Of a DNA stretch of 64,000 bases, positions 10,601-24,589 are shown one piece after another. Source of the DNA: Adineta vaga (lineage: Eukaryota; Animalia; Rotifera). Numbering within the stretch: the stretch's first letter is position 1; each line of letters starts with the position of its first letter. The translations under genes and the position numbers were made by a program. The stretch is taken from positions 2,728,001-2,792,000 of the forward strand of contig CP075496.1 of assembly GCA_021613535.1 (NCBI GenBank). Reading direction: 5' to 3'. The notes beneath the pieces are model-generated. The model made no database searches. It had not been told where the DNA came from and worked only from the letters and a program-made list of their open reading frames with translations.

Positions 10601-13600
10601 TGATATTATTTGTTAATGATGAATTTGTTCCATTGAGATCTTTATCAAATTGTGAACTTATCGCACCATATTGAAGTTCACGCCATGTAAATATATCGTT
10701 CCAAAAACTTAATGAATCATTTATTAATGGTAAACGACTTTTCCATGTTTTCACAATGGTTTTCAGTTCATGAATATTTGTTGTTTGTCGAATATTAGTT
10801 GTTGTCGTAGATGTATTACCATTGGTTGTTGTTGATATAATTGATGTTGATGTATTATTATTATTTGAATTGGTTTGTATATTTAATAAAATTTGTGCTG
10901 ATTCTTGTAATTCAATAATACGTTGTGATGCTTGTAATAAATTTAGATGTGAATTTGAAATATAATTTGGTAAATGTTTCCATTCTTTTAAAGCATTTAA
11001 TGAACAATAATCAATTAAACGTTCAGTTATATTCATAGTTGTTTGATAGATTGTTGGATCATCTGTATTTGTTATTGTTGAACATAATGTTAAATAACAA
11101 CGATATAAAGCAAATTTCCATTGAAAATCTTTTATAGTTAATATATTTGATATAATTGTTGATTGTGTCAATGTAGGATTTTGATTTAAAAATTGAAATG
11201 TTTGAATAGATGAGTTTGTTAGATTCATATTTGTTCCATTACACATCGCATCTAATTGTCCAAGTGTTTCTTTCATTAATGACCAATTCGACGATCTCCA
11301 TGTACAATCAAGATAAAGTAAATGATCACGATTACTTTGTTGTTTACAATAAGACATTAATGTATCCCATTGATTTAATTCTTTCGTACATTTTATCCAA
11401 TGTTGTTCGAGAAATGAATATTCATCTAATGGAGAAAATGGATTGGACGTTTCTGGCATAGATATTTGATCTGTTCCAAGTAGTTTTATTGATTGTGTAT
11501 AATATTCAAGTGCTTGATGAAAGAAACCAAGTTGTTCATATTGTAATGCATTAGAAATTAATAAATTTATATTTGGAGAGAATTGACGATGCAACCAGAG
11601 ACTTATATTATAATCATCTTCATGTAAATGTTCATATAATTCACTAAGAGAATTCAATGATTCTTGATAAATTTCATCATTTTTTAAAGATTCTAAATAA
11701 AAGAAAACATATTACAATAGATGAATATGAAAAATCGAGTGTTAACTTGTGAAATAAAAACTAACATAGAAAGATATGTGTTAAATTGAGTTCAATAATA
11801 CTCAAATTTCTAGTTATTATTTGAATATATAGAAAAAGTACTTACCATGATTTGGATATTGATCTAATATATATTGTTCAAGTAATAGAATACTTCTGTG
11901 CCAAGTATTATGTGTTTTACCAATATATTTAAGTATAACTGGTCGTATAATAGGCACAAATTCTGATATACTATCATTATGCTTAAACATACAATAAAAA
12001 GCTTCGAGTATGGTATTCAATGAACTGTATGGATATAGATCACGTTGTTGTAAATGTGTTCCACTAACGAAAAAAGGTTGAATAATTTGTTGAAATAGAA
12101 TAAGACGATATTTTTCTGGTATAAGACGAAGAATTTTCGGTAAAAGATCAATAAATAAATAATGTGTTAATTTATCAATAACTATTGAATTATTCGTATG
12201 TAAAAATTGAATTATAGAATCAAATAAATCATTTGTTTTCAATTGTATCGATGTGAGAGTTTTTAAAAAACTGATTTCATTATTAATTAGTTCAGTTAAT
12301 TTGACTAGATTTGTATTTTCACGTTCAACAACATCGCAAGGTTTATCAGTTGGAAATCGTCGTATATTTTCGAAGGAGATTGGTCGTTTGAAATTTTTCA
12401 CTTTTGGTTCATTCAATGATATTGAAGATGTTCGTTGTTTCCTAAATAAGTATAATGTATCGTTTGTTTTTATTTACATCAACAGCTGAATAGAAAAGTA
12501 TGCTAATCTATATATAAATGAACTATATCATCCACGTCCAAACCCTCAAGATTACAAAATCAATCTTGTCTAATGATATTCGTTTTGTTCGGAGAAAGCA
12601 ATTCTTACTTTGTCACAAGTGTACTCATAGCTGTAACACCTAGTGCATTAGATATAATTGAGTAAGCTGGATTTTGTGTTGATGCTTCATCATTAACTTC
12701 CATTTTAATTGGTGTTTCGGGAGTTTGTTCTGTTTTTGTTACGATATTTTCGATAGACGACGGATTTTTTGTTTTAACATAATCGATTAGAAAATCATAT
12801 CGATCATAGAATTCACCAGATTTTACGACAGATGTTAATGATGGTAAAGCTGATGTGCGATTATCCACAACTGATAATGGAATTGTCGAAGAGACACACG
12901 TATAAAATAACTAGAAAGATTAAAGATATTTTTCGATTTTATTTGAAAAAAGAAACTAATTTATTTTGATTACTTCTAAACATTGTTTAATCCAATAGTG
13001 TTGTCCAAGATATTCCCAATTTTGTGATAAAAATATGAATAATAATCGATCATGTAATGTCTTTCGTAGATTTTTATCTAGGATAAGAAAAAATTGTTTT
13101 CGTAATTGTTGGTTCGTCGATTTTAAACCAAGAATAAATGCAGCTTCTAATTTAATACATAATTCTCGATAATTCGATTCTTGATAAACATGTAAAATAA
13201 GCTCAAGAAAACTATTTGTTAGATCATTATCATTATTTTGTTGTTGATGTTGATGAAAACGTCCACTTTTATCGATACATTGTAAAAGTCTCAAAAGCAA
13301 TTGAGACTTTTCTTTTAATGATGGAACCAATTGTACATCACCACGCCATTTAAGCCAGTCATAAACAAGACGAATTATAGCACGAACCAACGAGATATCA
13401 TGTGATTTTTCGATTAAACACTAAAAGAAATTTATCAAAAAACCTCTATTAATACTTAATTCGCATAAATTTCATACAATATTTTTTTCTATACATATAG
13501 ATTTTAGTGATATCTGATTTGATGCGATCATAGTCATGATAATTGAATTACTGTAGGAGATATATTAAGAATGTTTCAGTTGAATTGATGATTTACTATA

Positions 13601-16600
13601 AAAATTCTAATTATTTTCTAATTTGATCAATGAAGTTTCTATTCATCCAAGTTGCGTTCTCGTCTCAAAGAATTTGCTAAAAGAAACAAGTAATTTTTGT
13701 TCATCTTTAAACTCATTACTGACAAAAGATAATCCTGTTTTTCATACGTAAGAATATTTTCTACATATATTGTATTTAGTATAGGCAAACGAAAGTGTTA
13801 TCTCTCGTCTTTTTAAACAGAGAAATCAATCGATTTGATGATACGTCTCATTTGTTTGTAATAATCGAAAAAAACCCAATTCATTTCATATCATTTGAAT
13901 AAACTTACTGGTAAAAAATTATTCATAAATTGTTTCCGAAGATCACTTGTTAATTGACCAATACGATATTTCAGTAATGTAAGACATTCAACAATATATT
14001 CAGTAAATGCTATGAAATATAAGAGAGAAATAAATCATTGAACAAATGTTTTCACCAAGTGTTTTTTACCAGGATTATATTCCACACCAGCACTCGTATG
14101 ATCTTTAATTAATTTTTGTAACAATTTAGTAATATGTGGTGTCAATTTATCTACATATTTTGGTTGTTGTTTTTCAATTATTTTTAAATAACCGAATGCA
14201 ACAGGAAGTGTATGAATAGAAGCAAATCCAGACGAAGAGGTATTTGTTGCATTAGCTCCAATTGTTGTTTTAGCACTGTAAAAAATATTTTAATTAAAAT
14301 TTTTCTTTCTTAATATTATTTTTTGTCTTAATAAAACTGAGTTATTTTTTTATATTAGCTTTTTTTAATTAAATTTCATCAAGATAGTCTTTAACTATCA
14401 TATATTTAGATAAAATTTGAAGCATACAATCATCTCTTTTATCAATAGTTTGTAGTTTTCATAGGTGATCTATCGGACAATGGTCATGCATGAATGATTA
14501 TAAATATGTCCTTACTCAGTCTGAACTCGTCAACACATATCTTCTTCTCTTTCTCTCTATATCTCTGATTTATAAAAAAAAGAAACATTCATATCTTTCT
14601 TCTTTACATTCATTCTATCTTTTGTCTCTTCATACAATCGGTCAAACATTTTAATATCATCCTCGAGTAAACAGACATCTATCAGATAGTTCAACAAAGA
14701 AATTGTTTTTCAAAATATTTTATACAATGATGTCAATGTATACAGCAAACAATCGTGGACCAACATTTTATCATCATAATACAACACAATATTTCCATGC
14801 TGCACCCTATGCTCAACCTCGTGTAGGTAAATATGGTGGTGATCGTACGTTAATGTTCCGTCGGAATATGCATATTCATTTCGTACATTTGGTATTATTC
14901 TTGGATGTTTAATTCTATTTTTTACTCTTGCCTTATTCTCAACTGAACTGGGACGACTCTATTCAGGCTCAAATAATCGAGGACGAATCGAATCCAATGT
15001 AACATATGAGTATTTAATGTATCCATCAAGAACGATCGATATAAACGGATATTATTATAATCCAAAAGTTGAAAATCGTTGGATGTGGCCATGGTCAACT
15101 GCTGCATTATTATTTAGTGTAATATTTTTTGCAACAGCTATATTAGGTATTGTTAGTGGTCTACGAGAAAGTTACTCAACGATCTTAGCATTTTTTGTTT
15201 GCTCATTATTATCAATATGTTTATTAATATTTTTAATTGCAACATATTCAACAATCATAGCCGGATGGAAAAGTATTTATGGAACAAGTGATGGGGATTC
15301 TATGACACGTTATACACGTATCGATAGAGATTTAGCAATTGTTTGCTTATCGATGTGTTGTATTTTATTTCTTATTCTATTTGTTAGTATGTTTTTATCT
15401 GGTAAAAGTATTGATTTATGTATTCGAAAGAATTTCTCACATGGTGAAAATGATCCTGAACAATAACTAATACTATTCAATTCACGTTTTTGATTCTCAA
15501 ATTCATTTAGAAAACAAAACAAGACATTTCGTATTCTAGCTTTCTTTTCTGTTTTCTGTACGTCTTCTTTTTTCTGCTTATTGATTCTGTAGAGAATAAA
15601 ATAATACATACCTATCTGTTGTATTAACAATCGATGTTGATGAATTATTCATATTATCAATGATTGTTTTGGTTATAACTGTATAAAATTGTTCTATATC
15701 TTCACTTTTATTTAGCAAAGATGTTGATAAATGTAAATTATTAGTCGATGTAGAAGCTGTTGCTAATGAAGCAAGTGTTGCTTGAACAAGTTGTTGAGGT
15801 AGTGTCGATTGATTATTTGTTGATGTTGTTGGAATAATCGCTGCTGGAGGTTCAATTGGAACTTGAACAATTAATTTACTGAAAAGATTTTGCATTGATT
15901 CGACCAAACGTGGATTATTGGTGATAGAAACACATGTTAAGAGAGAACGTTTTAATGTACGCATCGTATATTTAATTTGAATGACAGTAAATGTTGATAT
16001 AAGAAAAGCGAGAAGATCAATAGCAACAGCAATTGAATTATGCGCTGTGACATTTGGAGATTCCTAGAAGAAAATAAAATTCATCATATTCTCAGAAGAC
16101 AAAAATCTATTTGTACAAAGATAAAGTACGAATATCACAATGAGGATATTGATGTGTCCAGAATTTTACAAATAAGAATAGAATATTGTAGAAATATTCC
16201 TAACAATTTCGTTCTTATCATTTCTCTTGAAAAATTCAACTTACAATTTGATGTATCAATCTTTCAAAAGTAGCTAATTTAACATCAACATTTGGCCAAG
16301 CAAATTTTCTTGCAATTTTAAATAATCTAATACATTGTTGTGATAATGGTATCATATTTTGTACATTAATTTGGCATGCATTTCGAATAAGAAAAACAAA
16401 AACTGTATCGATTAGTGAACGATTAAATGTGCGCTGATCATTTATTTGTTCGTGATGTTTTCGTAATTCCCATTTAATTATAACTTCAACAATATCAATA
16501 GCTAATTTTTTCTGTTCATTCGAATTCGTTTGTTGTCCAGCTATTTTCTGTGCCGATTGAATCATTAAGTTTGCTAATGGATATCGAACATGAAAATAAT

Positions 16601-19600
16601 TCACTTGATGACGTACAATAATTGTCATAATATGCATTAATTGTAAATTTCCATGTGCATCATCGGAAAGAATCTTTTTCGTACAATATGCTAATATTTC
16701 ATATCCATCTTCCATTCTTATTGGTATTGCTGGTATTAATAAATCTGTTGCTTGTCGAACTAAATATTTTGCATCAATAATATATGATTTCAATAAACTA
16801 TTGAAAACATGCATAATGATTTTTTTCACAATCGAATATTTCGAAATAATATAACAAAGAAGTAAATGTGCTTGACATTTGTATGTTGAATCAATATTAT
16901 TCATTAATAATGTTCCATAAGCACATTCCATTAGACGACGAATCTTTTCATTTTCACGTTTATTTGTTGTTGTCGAATTTGTATCACATATAATTTGAGG
17001 ATTATATTCAAGAAATAAACATAAAAATCTCAATAAACATATACGATACTTATCATTGATTTGTTGAAGATATTTTGTTTCAATCATTGTTCGAATAAAT
17101 AAATCAATAACTGTTTCATCATTATTTGTACCGGTTTGAAATAATTCATTTGTTATTTTTGATTTATTATTTTCAAATTCATATGTAAATGATGGTAAGA
17201 TAATATATTCGAAAAATAATGATTTACATTCTAATGTATAAGATTCATCATTACGTAAAGATATAAATGATGCTAAAGTATCACGTTTCCATTTTATTGA
17301 ATACTTTTTTATAACTGTTTCTTGAATGAAATGAAAGAATTTTTTTGGATAGAATAATTTGTCTGTACAAGAATAGATGCGTGTTAGTTCAAGAAGAAGA
17401 CGAATACGTTCAGGTTGATGTTGATAATAAATTAAACAAAGATTAAGAACGTTATTTAATTCTTTGGAACAAAATGAATCGAAATGTTCGGATGATATAA
17501 ATGAATGTTGTTGAAATGTATTTGAACGCCATAAACGTAATAAAAGTGAAACAAGTTCATGTTGTCTTGACCACCAAACTTGATCTGTACGAGCTAAAAT
17601 TGATAATGAACGAATTGTAATACATATTATCGGAGGAATATTTTGTGTTGTTTCAATAAGAACAATATGATCACTGAGAATTTCACGAAAACGATCAAGC
17701 CAATTTGTACGAACAAATGTTTGAATATTCGAAGATGACGAACTTTTTAATAAATCAAGAAATAAACGACTCCATTGTAGATCTTGTAAACGATTTTCAT
17801 CATTAATAAATTGATCAAGACTTAATTGTGGATGACGAATTAATAATTCAATTAAATATTTACGACAAGTACTACTTGACTAAAATACAAAGAAGTAAAA
17901 AAATAGATTAAATAGAAAAATTAATCATTACCTCAATCATTAAATGTTTATCAAATTTTAAAATTAATATTGTTAATGCTTCGATGATTTTTTTCGATGA
18001 ATTTGGTAATGTTGCTAATAGATCTAAGAGAATTAAACAAGTTTTATAATGTGAATTTTGTCCATCAAATGTTAATCGAAATGTTTGCGCAATTGTATGT
18101 ATTAGTTTTCGTATGGAATTAAGAATTTGTTCACAAAGACGATCATCGAATGAATTTGGTGATAATTTTGATAAATAAAATAATGTTTGTGCTATTTGTG
18201 GAGTGATATTCAATTTATCAGTATCATGAAATGGTATTTGTTGAATAGATGATTCAACAAAACGCGAACGTAATTGATCATTTTGATGACCATTGAAGAT
18301 CTTTTCAATTGATTCATAAGCAACTAATTGTAATTCATTTGATTGAATTGTCATTAAAATTTTATAAAATAAACGAATAACACGTTCACGATAATCAATC
18401 TGTTCATAATATTCTCCAATTGTTCGTAAGGCTAATTTTTTTAATAAAATTATATTTAAAATCAATTGTTGTTGTGTTAATGCACGATATGAAGATATTT
18501 TACTAAGATTATCATTTTCTTCAAATATTAATAGTGTTAATTCTTTAAATAAATCATTATCAAATAATTGTATATAAGTTATTTTTGGTTCTAATGTACG
18601 AAAATAAATATAAACATCTAAATATGTTATTTGATAGATTAATGATTGATTTTTTAATGGTAAAATATTTAATGAAGTAAACTTTTTTATTAATTCATTT
18701 TTAAATGGTTCAATTAAACGTGAAATCGATTGTTGATAAGATTGACTTAATTGACGTAAACAATCATAGACTAAATTTCGAATATAATTTATCGGACAGA
18801 AGATATAATTCAATAATAAATCAATAAGATTTTCATGTGATTGTATTGTTGAATATTTCGTAAGAAATTCTTTTATTATATTCGATATAATGTCTAATGT
18901 ACCGGAAGAGATTTCATCAGTTAAAGATATAATAACATGAAAAAATCCATGAAGAATTTTATTGAAATTTTCAAGAAACCATTGATTATCTGTGGAAATA
19001 TAATTGAGACAGATTTCTGAAAGAAAACGACATGCACCTTGTTTAGAATACCACATACGATCATGACAATGATTGTATAATGTATTGATCAAATAATTTA
19101 TTAACGGTAATTGAGTAATACGATGATAATCATTATTGAATAGAATGAGTAAAGTATCAAATAATTTTTCAAAAGATATTCGACCAATAGAATTCAATTC
19201 ATCATCAATATCAATATAGCATGAAATAATACTATCGAGTAAAATTATTGAACAATCAATAGTTTCATTTTTATCATAAGTATCAGAAGATAAAGGACCT
19301 AAAATAAAGAAATCAATTTATTTCCAATGAGAACTTGATCTTACCTGCTTGTTGTGTTACTGCAACAAGTGTGTAATGTTGTATTGTCGATTTCAATATT
19401 GGTAAAACTTCACCAGCTAAATTCTTACATGTAGCAGCTTGATGTAAACATTGAAGAAGTAAATCATGACCATAACGAGATTTAACTTCAATTTGAGTAT
19501 TCCATAGTGATGGACATTCAGATATTTTACCATTTAAGAAACTAAATTAATCAATATTGAAAGAAAATATAGGAAGAAATATAATTTACCTTGAATGATT

Positions 19601-22600
19601 CAATAGATGAGTGACAAGATCATGATCATCATCATTAGAAATTAAAACAGAAAGAACACTACGAACTATAAGCCATGCTTGACGTTTTATATGATTTTGA
19701 TCAATAGAAGGCGATTTCAATTGTTCAGAACATGTACGAAGAATCTAAATACAATCAAACATAAGTTCTCATTGTTTTACTTTTCTACACGATTAACTTT
19801 TGTCTTAAACACTCAATATACATTTAATGCATCTATATTCAAATATTTTAGTGAAAATATATTTGAAATCAATATATATATATATATATATATATAATGT
19901 ACTTGTTCATCTTCTTTTAAAGAAAAAATGCTTCTTACTTTTAATAAAGGTATACCAATTGATTTCGATTCATTTTCAAATGACATTTGAACATAAATTT
20001 CATTTTGTTGATCTTTATCAAATTCATCATTATCACATTTAATCTCTTGTGGTTCATTAAGTATTCGTCGATTATTTCCTCCTAATTTACCTAATATTCG
20101 AAATGTATTCTGAGCAATATCATTATTAATATGATTTAATAACCGATACAATGACATCATTAAACTACTTCGAACAGGTAATATATGATTATAAAGAAAA
20201 TCAGGTTGTAAATTATCTACACATAATTCTAATGTACGTAAACCTTGTAGAATTAATGTAGATGAACCATTTAATGCATTAACTAATGGTTCCATCAGTA
20301 ACGGTAAATATGGCAACAGAACACTTAAACGTACAGGTACTGTTAAACATAATTCAATAAATAATTCTCTTAAATGTTGTCGATGTTTACATGATTGATA
20401 TTCATTTAAACGTTGTAAAAGAAAATGTAATAAAGTTAAAAATTCTTGATTTAATAATTCATGATTTCCAACACCAATACTACGGAAAAGTGCACGTAAT
20501 AAAATGAAATAATTATATGGGTCTGTTGTTAATTGTGCACATTCAATTGAACGTAAGATGATTTGTTTCAAATATGGTTGAAGAATCTTTTCATTTTCAG
20601 TTGCTAATGATGTTGTTACTACACTATTAATAACTAATTTAAATAATTTTAAACAAGCATTATTTGTATTATTTGTTTCACCGATTTCATTAATACGTGG
20701 TAAAAGAAATTCAAGTAGTAATTCAACAAGGATTGTTGACGATGGTGACTGTTGTAATAATGTATTCATTATTAATGTAATATTTGGATTTTTATTTGCA
20801 CATTGATAAAAATATAAGAGATTATTTTCAAAGATTTCGCGATAGTTTTGTTTATGCATAACAATAAAAACACTTGCAATCATATCCATAATTTCCTTTT
20901 CTTCTTTATTACGTGTTAAATTATTTGGATTCGTTACTGTCGAAGAATTTCCATTCGAATTCGTTGTCAATGTAGAATCAAAGAATATAATTAAACATTG
21001 AAGAATATATTTGAAAAATTTGATATAGAGAATTGTTATGGACGGTGGAAATTGTTTCGGTTGTGAAACATGATTTTCCGAAGAGATTTTAACATCAGCT
21101 AATATCCATGTGATATGACGAAGACTACTAACAAGAACTTTCAATAATGTCCGACAATCACTTGATGTTAGTGTAATCGTTAACGGAGATGATGCTTGAA
21201 AACGAATCAAAGATAACTAAAATAAAAGATAGAAACTAATAGTTTAGTGTCTTATTTTCATTTTTATATTTACCTGTTGACGTTGAAGTTCTTTTTCTCG
21301 ATTGGTAATATCATTCATATTTTGAACAAGATCACCCAATGAACTTGTTGTTATATCAACTTCAGGAATTGGTGGAATGTTCGAAGTATTTCTATACGAT
21401 AAGATTATAAGACCATCGTATTCATAGATGAAAAACAAAAAATAACATACGATTTTTCATTGGAATTATTCGTTAAATGAGCACATTGTTTAGATAAACT
21501 TTTACATTTGAAAACAAGAATTTCTATTACACGTATCAATAAATCACGAGACTAAATAAAAACAAACGAGAAAATGAATTAATACACTTCTATCTAAAAG
21601 ATATTTGATTATTAATCACTTTTTCATTTCCCTTTTGGCGTATTGCCTCAGCAATATTTGTTAAAAATTTTAAACTCATCAATTGAATCGATGGCGGTAA
21701 ACTAGAATCATGTATCATTTTTGAATACATGTATAATACACTTTGAAGATCTTCGATAGATAAGCTTGCTCGAATATGATTGAAGAAATCACCGAATGTA
21801 TTGTAAGCTAAAGGTCTAAGAAGTAGTGTTAAGAAATTTAGATTAGAAATATTTAACAAAGAATAACAAACTTGAGTGTTTCACGTGCAGTATAACCACT
21901 ACTAAGTAATAAATTTTCATCAAAAAATCGTTTTACATGTGGAATGAATACTAAAATTCAACATCGATTTTTGAAAGAAAGAAAAAAGAATTAATATTAT
22001 CGTTATTTACATGTTCGAAAATCTGTCGAAAGAAAATGACGAGCAGCAACAATGATATCTTTTCGTAATTGTACATTTTCTGGTGGACACCCTTCGAGTA
22101 ATTGAAGAAGTGCAATGACAAGTAATTCACTATTTAATACCAATTGTTCCTATACAAATGAGAAGAAAAAAAAAGAGATAATCGATATGATATTTGTAAA
22201 AAAATTCATATTCTTACTTGATATGTTTTACCAACAAAAGCAAGAAATGATAATGTTTTTGCTTGTGTTGTCAGAAACTCGATATAAATTTCCATATTAA
22301 ATTTTGGATCACTTCTGAAATGAATTCATATATTCAAGATAATTTTAAAGAAATCATTCGAAACAAACTTTTGTTCTTTGCTCGGTTGTAATGTGAGATA
22401 TCGTAAAAATAGTGGAACTAATTCTCCAAATTCTGCTTGTAATGCTTGCCGACAAAGTTGATACAGAAGAACAATAGCAACAGGAAATTCTGCTAATAAT
22501 TTCACTGAATGAGACGAACGAGCAAGAACAGTAAACTAAAAATTCAATTATTATAAAGAAAAAAAGCATTATTTAGTTTGACCATAAAAACTTACTGTAT

Positions 22601-23561
22601 CAAGTACAACTTGTGTAGATGAACTAGCAGTTTCATCTGTTGTAATTGAAGATTGTGACGGTAAATTTTGAATTTTTTTTACTGTTAACTGAACAGAAGA
22701 ACAGATTTGTTCAATAATACTCGACACATCAATTTCATTAATTGTCAATGTTGAATCAGAAAAGATTTTTGTTAAAAAAATTTGATCAAGTGCAGACGCT
22801 TTTTGTCGATAAACATTATGAACAAATTGAAGAAATTCTCGAACTTCATTGATCATTTGTGGTCGAAATTGTTTCATATATTCAACAATAATGCGTAGTA
22901 ATAACAAAGCATTTTCTTCATTTTCTTTCGTTAATAATTTAAATACAGGTGAAAGAATATCTTTAACAAATGGACGAAGAACTTCGGTAATTGGTAGACG
23001 ATGAAATATTTCAATCATTTGCTTTCGAATTGTCTATAATACAAAGAATTCTTCCTTAGAAATTTCATATCTAAACTCTAGTGATAATAATTCTGGACGG
23101 TTATCTTTATAGAATAAAACTCTTATGTTTATTGGTAAGGAATATATACCTGTGCATTACTAGGAATAATAAAAACAGTATTGGTTTCCATTAATGATTT
23201 GAGGAAATTTTTTACTAATAAATCAATATATGCTGGATAATTTGGTAATGTTGAAAGAACCTAGAAATGTAAAAGAATGAAAAAGTTTTATTTTAAAAGC
23301 AAACGATGATTTCTTACTTCAATATTATCAGATATATTTTGAAGATGTTTCAGTCGAATTTCATCCGCTAAAAAAAAAGAGAATTATATTTTTCTTCTTT
23401 TAGATTTTGTTTGACATACTATTTAATTGATCAATAACTGAATGCACGAGCATTTGAAATTGTTGATAATTACATTGTTGATATGTTTCAGATTCTCCTG
23501 CTGTTGTTGAACGATTCATCGTTGTTGTATGATGTACATCAAGTACGACGTTATTTGCCAT
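7651..23561 (-). CDS. TRRAP: TRRAP/Tra1, PIKK-family pseudokinase scaffold of SAGA/NuA4 (many exons)
   Basis: ELCLTVPVRLSVLLPYLPLLMEPLVNALNG..QGLRTLELCVDNLQPDFLY; FAT region (KELNQWDTL, TWKSRLP..WNDIFTWR); RLTIRAHNGK; FATC end LSRLNPLHYPWL* with stop at 7651-7653. Confidence 0.96.
14727..15466 (+). CDS. Nested antisense gene encoding a small multi-pass (3-4 TM, MS4A/tetraspan-like) membrane protein; its reading frame shifts near 14843
   Basis: Lies inside the TRRAP intron 14276-15611. The frame of ORF 15017-15466 stays open back to 14843 and adds another hydrophobic helix (FGIILGCLILFFTLALF). The upstream ATG at 14727 is in a different frame. TATAAA is at ~14499 and AATAAA at ~15595. Confidence 0.7.
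19872..19896. repeat. (TA)n microsatellite in a TRRAP intron
   Basis: About 12 perfect TA units. Confidence 0.9.
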
Positions 23562-23682
23562 TATCTGAAACGAATAAATAATTTTAAAAAAAAACAATGT
23601 GTCAATTTCTCTCAAGATCTTTTCATTTCTCTGCTGTTATATTTTCTTTTTTTTTTAGAAAAACTTGAAAAAGAAAACAAAA

Positions 23683-24237
23683 TCATTTAAATCCTTGTTT
23701 AACAGTCCAAAGACCATCATTTAAATAATGCAATGTTTCAATTCCAACACCTTTATTGATTTGTTGTATATCCTGTGTTGACATTTTCAATAAACCAATG
23801 GCTAATGCATGTTCTTTACCTTCAGCCATAACAGCGCAGATCGAATCTTTAGGTGCATCACATAATTTTGCACCGGGAGATGTTAAACCTGGGCACATGA
23901 TATTGGCTCCTGAAAGTACGAAACGTATGGCACCTTTATCGACTTTTTCAGGCCGTAAAATAAATGGATATTTATGTAGCAGACGTAATAAAGGAATATA
24001 TGATGGTGAATCACGAAATCGAAAAAATAAAGCTTGGCCTGTTGAGTCCGTAATTAACTCAATATGTTCTTGGCATTTGACTAATTTTGGTGTATCTTTT
24101 TTCGGTAAAATTTCGTCTAATATTGGTTCAATGTGAGGAAAATCTTGTTGTAAACGTTGTTTAAGTCGTTTCACATCTGTATTCCGAAGTTGTGTAACAC
24201 TTGTCACATTATCTTTTTCATTAAATTTTTTAAACAT
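23683..24237 (-). CDS. MCTS1: MCTS1/TMA20 translation reinitiation factor (PUA domain), intronless CDS
   Basis: MFKKF.., [46 protein letters not shown]; 184 aa. Confidence 0.97.
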   Translation of the reverse strand: MFKKFNEKDNVTSVTQLRNTDVKRLKQRLQQDFPHIEPILDEILPKKDTPKLVKCQEHIELITDSTGQALFFRFRDSPSYIPLLRLLHKYPFILRPEKVDKGAIRFVLSGANIMCPGLTSPGAKLCDAPKDSICAVMAEGKEHALAIGLLKMSTQDIQQINKGVGIETLHYLNDGLWTVKQGFK

Positions 24238-24589
24238 AATTCTACCAGTACGACAAATTTCACTTGATCTAATTTGAATCGAACAATGAAATGAAATGAT
24301 TCCAGAAATTTATTCGAAAAAAAAGAGAAACTTTTTCATTGTTCGATTAAATCGTTCTATCAACAATTAGATGATAGATGGTGCCAGATGTCATCAGTAA
24401 TTTTCTAACAAATTTTCGATAAAGAAGAATATTCTGTAGAAAATTTAGTCACAATTTTTACATATAAAAACAAAAAAAAAACTGAAGAATCATTTGATTC
24501 ATTAACATCATGACATCACGTATCATGTGACAATTCGTCTTTTTACTCATTATATCGATTAGTCTCGTTCATTCATTAAACGAAACGAA

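Noticed and set aside
23756-24136. 126-aa antisense ORF over MCTS1 (also 43116-43691, 54587-54952 and similar)
   Set aside because: Shadow ORFs of real coding strands or of low-complexity codon runs.
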